DNA of 64,000 bases. It comes from an uncultured Nitrososphaeraceae archaeon (lineage in GTDB: Archaea; Thermoproteota; Nitrososphaeria; Nitrososphaerales; Nitrososphaeraceae). The stretch covers positions 32,001 to 96,000 of the forward strand of contig CAVZZA010000001.1 of the NCBI GenBank assembly GCA_963779615.1, in the 5' to 3' direction. Position numbers and translations under genes: made by a program. The notes under the pieces were generated by a model. The model saw nothing but the letters and a program-made list of their open reading frames with translations, was not told the DNA's origin and ran no database searches. Of the stretch, positions 10,927 through 19,556 are shown piece after piece (positions within the stretch are counted from its first letter, which is position 1; every line of letters begins with the position of its first letter).

Positions 10927-11724
10927 ATGATATTGCATTCGCCCAATAAAAAAACAAATAAAGATGCAGCATATCTCAGCAGATTCATTAGTGCGCATGA
11001 GGAACTGGCTGACAATCGCAGAAAATTATTTGGCATACCACTTATCGATGATTTTTTTCATTTCCACGAAAAAAAAAATATAAGCATCATTAACAGATGT
11101 AAAACAACAACACATCTATCGTATCACCTTGTTGCAAAATTATGTATAGAGTTTTCAAAAAACAATGGAGAAAAAAATAAAACCATATTGATAGATGGTG
11201 GTGGCAATAATTTAGGATACCTTTATGCGAAGTTGACAAAATTGTCAGTTAAAGAGCAGTTTAACATTAATCAACTATTAGACAACATGATGATATCAAG
11301 GGCATTTACATTCTATCAATTAACAAATGTCATTATAAATGAATTGCCAATCTTGATTAAAAAACTAAATGGCAAATTGCAAATAATAGTTCTAGACACA
11401 CTCAACACATTAGTAAATCCCTCAACCAGCAAAACTAAATCAAAATCAATAAAAAATGTATCAGACATTGAAGAAGACAAAATAAAATGCTTAGATGAAA
11501 TATTACAAAATATAATCAGCCTCTCAAAATATTATTTTTCAATACTTGTATTTACCGACTTTAAAAAAACATTCAATAAAAACATTTTTTCGGGTTTTGA
11601 TCATATGCTGGAGATAGTCGGTATTTATAGCAACAAAAACAAAAAGAATGAGCCAGTCCTCCATATGAAAACAGCATCCACCGAGAAGTCGCTGAAACTT
11701 GACGATGTTTTGGAAAGCGTGTAG
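10927..11724 (+). CDS. inactivated RadA/Rad51-like protein of the PolB2 cassette
   Basis: 'FGIPLIDDF', 'LIDGGGN', 'ISRAFTFYQL', 'IIVLD'; no intact Walker A; followed by the cassette's small gene. Confidence 0.7.
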   Translation: MILHSPNKKTNKDAAYLSRFISAHEELADNRRKLFGIPLIDDFFHFHEKKNISIINRCKTTTHLSYHLVAKLCIEFSKNNGEKNKTILIDGGGNNLGYLYAKLTKLSVKEQFNINQLLDNMMISRAFTFYQLTNVIINELPILIKKLNGKLQIIVLDTLNTLVNPSTSKTKSKSIKNVSDIEEDKIKCLDEILQNIISLSKYYFSILVFTDFKKTFNKNIFSGFDHMLEIVGIYSNKNKKNEPVLHMKTASTEKSLKLDDVLESV

Positions 11725-11736
11725 GAAGGAAATACA

Positions 11737-11923
11737 TTGGGCCGAACGGTTTCGTCCTTCAGACTATGAAATGACATTGAAGAATTAGAGTGGAAACAAT
11801 TTCGAAAACATCTTTGCAGGCAGAATAAAAAATCCTTCAACAAACTATTCCCATTCCAAAATCATATTGCCATTCTTTATCCAATTCAACAAATCCGCTA
11901 ATAATTCAACCCATTTTCATGCC
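11737..11923 (+). pseudogene. PolB2-associated small protein (arCOG07300-like), pseudogene
   Basis: TTG-GRTVSSFRL*NDIEELEWKQFRKHL...KKSFNKLF; in-frame TGA at 11767, frameshift near 11851, then IPKSYCHSLSNSTNP. Confidence 0.7.
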
Positions 11924-12030
11924 CGAATTCATATCGACATAAAGACATCTTTTGTTTACAAAGAGACAGGATTAGAGGGCCTTTCTGAAGTATCAAGAAT
12001 CTGCAGGATACCTTTACAATTGCTTCAAGG
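11924..12030 (+). pseudogene. polB2: internal fragment of DNA polymerase B2
   Basis: RIHIDIKTSFVYKETGLEGLSEVSRICRIPLQL(A)SR matches the 'GRIHID..SF...GL.GL.ELSR...PL..ASR' block of PolB2; the rest of the gene is absent. Confidence 0.65.
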
Positions 12031-12471
12031 GACACTCATCAATCAATTGCTTATTCTAACAGTTTTAAGGATTTTGGCTTAATTGCAAAAGATTTTTCAT
12101 AAAGAGCAAGTTATGCAGAATGACAATGATAAAAAAAAATCAAATCTAAACATAGAGCCTTTTACCTACCATCCATAGGTTACAAAATATAAAATGCGTA
12201 ATTCATTATTAAAAAAGCTTTAAATTCTTTTTACCATAGTAAGTAGAGTCTTTTTAATTGTGATCGGTGATGATCATCATTATTTTTCCCAAATTACAAC
12301 AGATTGGATAATTGAATTCATTAAGTTTACTGAAGCACAATAATAGTATCAGAGCAATGGCAAAATAAAAATCAATAAATCCCAATTTATTTTATAACGG
12401 TAATTATTTATCGCGAACAAAAATAAGAAATTTTTGTTGCATTAAGAAAAACAGCATATGGTGTCATGATT

Positions 12472-13374
12472 TTAACCACCACTAGTAGTAGTAGCAGAAA
12501 GGAATTTCCTTGCTTTTTTTAACACCGATATTTCATTTTCTGTTAATGGGTTTTTACTCAACAGTTCCTTAAATTGTAGGGCATTAACAATTGCTTTACC
12601 GCCATAATGGTTATTGAAATATACAAAAACAGAATCTGCTTGTTCTTTTATTTTTTTAATCTTATTCACCCATGGAATTAGTTCACTCTCAGAATACAAA
12701 TAATCATACCAATAATGATCTCTATTGTTGTTTCTTCCATGCAATCTTATTGCAGCATGTGTATTTGTTGCAATATTATTTTCATCAGATAAAAATCCCA
12801 GGTTTTCTTTGGATGGTGAATCGGTTAATACGGATGCGATATCATAGTGACGCAACATTTCAAATGTTCCTTCAGTATTCCAGGAAGGGTGTCTGAATTC
12901 TATTGAATAACGGTTACTTTTAATGTTCTCATCCTCTACACATAACCTATCCAAAAATTTTTCAGTTTTTTCAAACTCCTTGATTGTGAAGCTTGGCGGT
13001 AACTGAATAATGATTGTTCCTAATTTATTGGTGTGTTTAAGAGGTGATATCTTGTCCAAAAATGTTAGGAATTCAGGAATTACATTTTTATCGAGATCCA
13101 ATCTTTTCTCATGAGTAATTATCTCCGGAACTTTAACCGAAAATTTAAAATTATCAGGCGTTGCCTTGGTTAGGCCTATAAACAGCCCTTGGTTCAGGCT
13201 AAGGTAAAACTCTTTATAAAAAGTGGAATCCATTTCGACAGTGTTAAAAAACTGTGAATAGTACCTCAATTTCTTGGTTTTCTTATCAGGATAAAATACA
13301 TTTAACCATCCACCTTTATCTTGTGAATCATTATAGCTCCATCCAGAACACCCTATTAAAATGCTGGAAGTCAA
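12472..13374 (-). CDS. DUF72 (YecE-like) protein
   Basis: IGCSGWSY, TVEMDSTFY, FSVKVP.ITH, QLPPSF, EFRH.SW, RLHGR, YFNNH. Confidence 0.92.
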   Translation of the reverse strand: MTSSILIGCSGWSYNDSQDKGGWLNVFYPDKKTKKLRYYSQFFNTVEMDSTFYKEFYLSLNQGLFIGLTKATPDNFKFSVKVPEIITHEKRLDLDKNVIPEFLTFLDKISPLKHTNKLGTIIIQLPPSFTIKEFEKTEKFLDRLCVEDENIKSNRYSIEFRHPSWNTEGTFEMLRHYDIASVLTDSPSKENLGFLSDENNIATNTHAAIRLHGRNNNRDHYWYDYLYSESELIPWVNKIKKIKEQADSVFVYFNNHYGGKAIVNALQFKELLSKNPLTENEISVLKKARKFLSATTTSGG

Positions 13375-13425
13375 TTTAATTCACCATTAAATAATTTTAC
13401 ATATGCTATTAATCTATAATAATTA

Positions 13426-13992
13426 ATGGAACTACCATGGAATGATCCGCGATCGAACAAATTTGTAACTACTGTGGGCCTAATTACATCAGCAGGGCTT
13501 GATGGCCCTAACATAATGGCCTGCGAATGGACCCATCATATTTCATACAAGCCCGGGTTAATAGCTATTTCTTTAGGCCACACAAAGGATACGGTTAAAA
13601 ATATACGAAATACAAAGGAATTTGGCATAAATCTTTGTGCTGCAGACCAATCCATTCTCTCCAGCATTTCAGGTGGGTACAGCGGGAGCAAATATGACAA
13701 GGTTGAGGCATTAAAGGAACTGGGATTTGAATTCTACAAGGCAAGTAAAATTAAGGCATTAATGGTTAAAGGAGCCTCATTAAATGCAGAATGCCAACTA
13801 TTTCAAGAGATGTCTTTTGGAGACCATGTCATGTTTATTGGAGAAGTAATTGATGCAGTACACAATCCTGAAAAACAGCCATTAGTTTATCATGATGGAA
13901 AATACTGGTCATTGGTATCAGCAATGAAGCCTAAACCAGAGGAGAGAGAAAGGATAAGAAAAGTTGTAGAAAAGCATAAGAAAAGCAAATAA
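13426..13992 (+). CDS. flavin reductase family protein
   Basis: 'NIMACEW', 'EFGINL', 'EC......GDH.MFIGEV', 'PLVYH.G.Y'. Confidence 0.88.
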   Translation: MELPWNDPRSNKFVTTVGLITSAGLDGPNIMACEWTHHISYKPGLIAISLGHTKDTVKNIRNTKEFGINLCAADQSILSSISGGYSGSKYDKVEALKELGFEFYKASKIKALMVKGASLNAECQLFQEMSFGDHVMFIGEVIDAVHNPEKQPLVYHDGKYWSLVSAMKPKPEERERIRKVVEKHKKSK

Positions 13993-14385
13993 TATGGTAC
14001 CCATCAACAGCACAGCAGACCATAAAAATAAAACACTATAAATCATAAATCTTAAAAAATCCATTTTTATAAGCATTTAAAATAATATTGTAAGTTTAGT
14101 TTAAATAATTCACACACCATTAGTGGCAGTTACGATATAACACCCATTCATTGGTATATTAAGACATCTTTCACTATAAAAAATTATTTGCAGGATTTAG
14201 GCATTTAGTACAGGTTCCATGTGATTTTTAGTGAAAACTGTGACAAATAAAAAATGATATGTTCAACCCTTTTTTTATTTTTTTTCAAAATAGATAGGGT
14301 AAGTTCTATGTAATAAAGGGAAAAAAGTAACAGTTCAAGCTAAAAATAAACTATTGTATGGATAGTAGCACATGCAATTAACAGT

Positions 14386-14736
14386 TCATATTTTTTTTAG
14401 AGAGGTTTTTTCCCTTAAAGCCAAGAACCCCGCTATTACAAAAAGAATCAGTCCAGGAATTGCAAAAAAATGCAGTACAAGAAAAAGAGCCCCACCACAT
14501 GCCATCAACGATACGCCAGCAATTTTGGTATTTTTTATTTTAAATGCAGCTACAATCGCGCCAATATTAATTGCGATTGTTATGAAAGCGCCTATTAACG
14601 CACTACCAAGTACTAACGCCAAAAGGGGGATTCCAATAATACTATTAACAAAAAAGTATAAAAAAAGTCCAAAAACGGGAATCACACTTCCGAGAATAGC
14701 AGTCACAAGGGTTAATTTTTGATAGTTCCTCATCAA
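14386..14736 (-). CDS. small integral membrane protein
   Basis: Three to four hydrophobic segments and a basic C-terminus. Confidence 0.6.
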   Translation of the reverse strand: MMRNYQKLTLVTAILGSVIPVFGLFLYFFVNSIIGIPLLALVLGSALIGAFITIAINIGAIVAAFKIKNTKIAGVSLMACGGALFLVLHFFAIPGLILFVIAGFLALREKTSLKKI

Positions 14737-15156
14737 TAGTATAAATATAATAATAACTTAATAATGTAGACAATGATTTTTGCATTTACTATAAACATAA
14801 ACCTCATGTCAACATTTTAAACAAAGGCAATTTTATGATAAGCATGTTTATACTTTTTATCAAAACACAAAATAAAGGTAAATGATGGTTCAGCAGATGT
14901 CGGATAGAAGATACCCTATTTTACAACTATGTTAATAATCATTGATGTTATTTTGTTAATATAGGTTAAATTAGCCATTCTTTGATGATTATAAATTGAA
15001 AAGTTATTGATATAAACCCATATTTTGTTTCCCATTTTGTTAAAATAATATGATTCCCAAAATATTACTACGAATATTATAAAATTGTTGAGATATTTTT
15101 TTTCAATGGTTAGGGAATAATAGCTGTTATAAACTATTTTTTCATATATAATATGT

Positions 15157-15864
15157 ATGAGTAATTCTGATGATAACAAGGACAATTTTGATTGGAAAGA
15201 CAACAGCATTGAATGGAGTAAAATTATAAAAAAAGAGGCAAGAGGGTATGAAAAGGGGGATGACCTGGGAGAGGTTCAAGACATTGGGCAGGAATTTGTT
15301 GTTACAGAGAGGGGACGAGTATTAAAACACAAGTTTTACCTACCAAAGCACTTGGTAAAAGGATATGATGGAGACACCCTATGGTTCAATATTACAGAAG
15401 AGGATGCAGAAGATAATTTCAAAAAAGATCATCCACCAAAAGAAGGAGAATATTCAAGATATAAATCCGCCTCGGTAACCCAACAATATAATGATTCTTC
15501 ATCTACTTCAGAATCTGGCGATAATCCTAGCAAGTCTCAATCAAGTTATAGTTTAGAAGATCGCTTACCGTTGATGGAAAAACAGAATAGAGTCAATGAT
15601 ACCAGCAAAGGGGAATCATCGTCATTCAATTCGGTCATAGAAGACTGGGATTCAATCATCCATAAGGGGGTCAGAACCAAAGATATGCAATCAGTGGGCA
15701 ATGTAACCGCTGTGACTGAATCATCAATAATTATAACTTCTGAGGGCGCAAAAGAAGAATATAACGTTCCAAAAGAGGAAGTAGAAAGTTATAATGGTTC
15801 GGAGGTTACCCTTAACGCAACAAATGACAGGTTAAGTCACTTTAAGGTAAAAATTTCCAGGTGA
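15157..15864 (+). CDS. tandem PRC-barrel/DUF2171-like protein
   Basis: Two modules ('W..IIKKEARG...DLGEV' and 'WDSIIHKGVRTKD...VGNV') joined by an S-rich linker; paralog at 52551-52796. Confidence 0.65.
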   Translation: MSNSDDNKDNFDWKDNSIEWSKIIKKEARGYEKGDDLGEVQDIGQEFVVTERGRVLKHKFYLPKHLVKGYDGDTLWFNITEEDAEDNFKKDHPPKEGEYSRYKSASVTQQYNDSSSTSESGDNPSKSQSSYSLEDRLPLMEKQNRVNDTSKGESSSFNSVIEDWDSIIHKGVRTKDMQSVGNVTAVTESSIIITSEGAKEEYNVPKEEVESYNGSEVTLNATNDRLSHFKVKISR

Positions 15865-16258
15865 TTTCTATCTTTTTTATTTATATAGGTTTCCTTTGAA
15901 TATTTGGACATGGGTTTTATTATTTTAATTTAATCCCATAACAAATAAAACAGCCAAAACAGTCATGACGTTTCGGTGGAAAATATGAACACCATCCAAA
16001 TACCGGGACGAGTAATTTATCACAATGAATTTTGATTATCATTTCATAAGTGATACACCATAAATAACGATATCAAAATCGTGGAAAGATCAGACATGGC
16101 CCGACTTTTCAAAAGTAAAGTCAGTAATTTCACAAAATATAAAATAATGACAAGAATAGAATATGACTATTATAAGAAATTGCACAAATGTATAATTTCA
16201 ATTTAATATAAAATTCTAATAATGTGGTATTTTAGAACAATCGTCTAAAAGAGATAAA

Positions 16259-17776
16259 GTGTACAATAGACAGATAGATACATTGAACGACAGATTTGAG
16301 AGAATCAAAGTCAATCAGTTGCAAAAGCGAGAGCTAAACTCAAACATACGCAATAACAATAAGCATAGCAACAAAAAAACTACTACTTTATCTACAAATA
16401 ATTATCAACACAATCAGCAGCAGCATCAACCCTCTTTATCCCGAACCTCTAAGATACAAATGTTTCGTAAAATAAGCCAAACAAAAATGCTGATAATGCC
16501 ACTGGCAATATTGTTACTTTCAAGCACAATTGTTATGGCAGCTTCAAATCTTGTGTTACCGTCAACGGCATACGCCATATCATTTGGAAGCACAAAGAAT
16601 TTAAGCAGTAACGATGGTGATTCACTTGACCCCCGAATAGAGGCGTCTGGCAATAATGTGTATACGGTATGGAGTGATTCAGGTGGAGTGGATGCCGATA
16701 TATTATTTAAAAGAAGCATTACCAGTGGAGACAGCTTTCAAGGTACCAAGGATTTAAGTGATGAAGATGGTGATGCGGAGGATCAAAGCATCGTAAAGGA
16801 AGGAAATAATGTGTATGTGGTATGGTCAGAGGATGGCGACGTATTCTTTAAAAGAAGCACCAATAATGGGGCAAGCTTTGGAGATACTATAAACCTAAGT
16901 GACGATAGTCATTTTTCCCACCTTCCGCAAATTGCTGTAACCGGCAACAACGTGTACATAGTGTGGGATGATGTGACAGTTGTTAATGGAGTGGATGAAT
17001 CTCAACTCCTCTTTAAAAGAAGCACCAATAATGGGGCAAGCTTTGGAGGTACAAAAATAATAACAGACATAGTTGAAACATTCAGGCCAAGGATAGCTGC
17101 TTCAGGAGACAATGTGTATATAGCTTTTACAGACGGAAGCGAAGATAATATGGAGTTAGCATTTACAAGAAGTACAAATGGAGGAAACAGCTTTAGCAAT
17201 GCCATAAGCATAAACAACAATGATGAAAATTCAGTTATTGGGGACATAGCAGCAGTAGGAAAGAATGTATACATTACATGGAAAGATGAAAGTTTGCCTA
17301 ACCAGCCATCACACGCTTTTTTTATAAGAAGTACAAACAATGGACAAAGCTTTGATAATATCAAAGATCTTGGATCTTCAAGCTCAGCACCTCAACTTGA
17401 TACAGTTTCAAGCAATGTTTATGTTGTATGGGCAAACGATGATGAAAACATAGCATTCAGGGCAAGTACAAATAATGGGGCAAGCTTTGGAAGCACAAAG
17501 ATATTAAGCAGTGATGGCAACTCATCAGATCCCCAGATATCCTCTTTGGGAAATGCGGTACGTATTGTTTGGGAAGGCGGTACCCCAAATTCTGATGTAT
17601 TCTTCAGGGCAAGCGGAAATGAGGGAAGTTCTTTTGGCAGCACAAAGAATCTAAGCAATAATGACGGCGATTCATCAAATCCTCAGATTATTTCATCGGG
17701 AGGCAAGATTTATGCAGTATGGCAGGACGATACACCTGGAAACTTTGACATATTCTTCAAGAAAGGGGTAGATTAA
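16259..17776 (+). CDS. secreted Asp-box/BNR (sialidase-like) beta-propeller protein; true start probably ATG 16460
   Basis: Signal/TM segment, then about seven repeats of 'NVYVVW...FF.RSTNNGASFG.T.NLS'. Confidence 0.85.
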   Translation: MYNRQIDTLNDRFERIKVNQLQKRELNSNIRNNNKHSNKKTTTLSTNNYQHNQQQHQPSLSRTSKIQMFRKISQTKMLIMPLAILLLSSTIVMAASNLVLPSTAYAISFGSTKNLSSNDGDSLDPRIEASGNNVYTVWSDSGGVDADILFKRSITSGDSFQGTKDLSDEDGDAEDQSIVKEGNNVYVVWSEDGDVFFKRSTNNGASFGDTINLSDDSHFSHLPQIAVTGNNVYIVWDDVTVVNGVDESQLLFKRSTNNGASFGGTKIITDIVETFRPRIAASGDNVYIAFTDGSEDNMELAFTRSTNGGNSFSNAISINNNDENSVIGDIAAVGKNVYITWKDESLPNQPSHAFFIRSTNNGQSFDNIKDLGSSSSAPQLDTVSSNVYVVWANDDENIAFRASTNNGASFGSTKILSSDGNSSDPQISSLGNAVRIVWEGGTPNSDVFFRASGNEGSSFGSTKNLSNNDGDSSNPQIISSGGKIYAVWQDDTPGNFDIFFKKGVD

Positions 17777-18037
17777 AAAACTTCAAACCACACTTGCTTT
17801 TTTCAATTATTTTTTACTAAACTAATCAAAATTGTGAATTGCTATGTACATACAACATTTTTTTTATAGATTTCTAGGGTTACTAATTGTGCAGGACGCT
17901 AAACAACCTATAGATGATTCTTTTGAGATGGATTATTATGTAATTGCAGTATTTTTTTTAGCACCTATCAAATCAATTCCCTTAATGATTGTCAATTTGT
18001 GTAAAAAAAATTTAGTTGCTTACTTTGCTATATTCTT

Positions 18038-18931
18038 TTATGTTTTTGATGGGTTTTGTAGCTCCCGTGTCAGCCTCATCAGCTCAGAGTCAAGCCCCGA
18101 TGCGAACTCCTGCGGGGCGTCCGGAAGAATGGGTATGTCAACACCCTCAGGGAATCCCTCAATCACCTCCAGTGTTCCACCGTCATCAAACGGGGAGTCC
18201 CCCTTAAAGATTGTGTCAAGCAGGGACGTTTCTCCCTTGTTTGCGAATGTCCACATTTGGTTGTGCAGGTTCTTTCTCTCCAAGTCCTTTACCTCCGGCA
18301 TTTTGGACGTGTCAAGCCTTGGGACGGGCAGTGCCTTGCCCCAATTCACACCCAGTGCCTCCAGGGCCTTTGCAAAAACCTTTTCATGAACCAAATCCCT
18401 CACAATCAGGTATGATACGGTTGACCTGAATGCCTTGTCGTTGCTCATCTGGTACAGCCTGCATTTTTGCAGCCTGCCTGTGGACTCGAGCATGAGGTTG
18501 TAAAGCATGTTAAGCACAAGGTTTCCGCTGTCGTACACGTATGTGGCCGACCATGGGTTTCCGGCCGCATCCACAGGCCTGGCGCTCTGACCCGCAACCA
18601 AAAAGTGGTGTATGTTTGGCGAGTCAAGCGCAACTGACAATGGCAGCTCATCAGGCTCGGTTGAGTGTTCGGATGCGCCCTCAAGCAGCATGTTGATTGT
18701 GTTTGTGATCTGCTCGACATGCCCCATCTCCTCTGTGGCCATGCTCCTCAACAGGTCCTGGTAGGGTTTGGCGTCGCCCCTAAAGTTCATGTTCTGGAAA
18801 AAGTACTGCATCATGGTTCGCATTTCTCCAAACTGGCCGCCAAGCCCCTCCTGCAGCGCCTGGGCTGCCTTTGGGTTTGGGCTGTCTGCCGGTGGTATTG
18901 GATGCGGAAGTCTATTTACTGATATAAACAT
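18038..18931 (-). CDS. manganese catalase
   Basis: 'LQEGLGGQFGE', 'TEEMGHVE', 'DAAGNPW', 'N...E..GRL', 'LIVRD..HE' Mn-ligand motifs; markedly GC-rich. Confidence 0.95.
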   Translation of the reverse strand: MFISVNRLPHPIPPADSPNPKAAQALQEGLGGQFGEMRTMMQYFFQNMNFRGDAKPYQDLLRSMATEEMGHVEQITNTINMLLEGASEHSTEPDELPLSVALDSPNIHHFLVAGQSARPVDAAGNPWSATYVYDSGNLVLNMLYNLMLESTGRLQKCRLYQMSNDKAFRSTVSYLIVRDLVHEKVFAKALEALGVNWGKALPVPRLDTSKMPEVKDLERKNLHNQMWTFANKGETSLLDTIFKGDSPFDDGGTLEVIEGFPEGVDIPILPDAPQEFASGLDSELMRLTRELQNPSKT

Positions 18932-19556
18932 GAAATATATTATTTAACAAAGTATATGTTATAGCACATTTTTATTAATTTTTATTAATTTTTATTTATA
19001 ACAATTTCACTATTTACTGTATAATAAAACTATAATTTTATTTTAAAAGATTAATAAAACTCATAAAAACCGACATCAAATCCATAATATTTAATAATAA
19101 AAATTCTAATGAGTGGTTATTTCACAATGCTCAATTCCTTGCAATTTTATTATTGAGTTTCGTTTAATTTTCTTTCAAGTTATCTTATCCATACTAAAAA
19201 ATTTTTCATTGTGTTTTGGCTCTGCAAAGTTAAGGGTTTTGAAGATGGGAATGATTAATATTTTGGGGTTACTAAACAGTTATGAGAAATTTTCAGAATG
19301 AACTCAAATTACAACAATAAAACTATTTTTCTATTGGTTCAATAATGTACATTTACAGGGAAAGAAATCTCTTTCTTAACTTTACATGACCCATCTTGAC
19401 TTTTAATCTTTATAATTATGCTATACATTCATCAACCAATGAACCATTGTCAACACATTATCATTATCATGCAAGCTCCCGCACCTTCATTTGCAGGTAA
19501 TTTTGAAATATTCTTGCGGGTTTCTAGTCAATATCATTTAATGGTATAACGGTTCG

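Noticed and set aside
14916-15209. 97-aa minus-strand ORF and similar I/N/F/L-rich ORFs (19113, 29742, 29857, 52154, 53080)
   Set aside because: Low-complexity translations of AT-rich intergenic DNA with no motif; some may be decayed genes but cannot be identified.
17844-18922. Long alternative ORFs overlapping the Mn catalase
   Set aside because: Antisense or off-frame shadows favoured by the local high GC.
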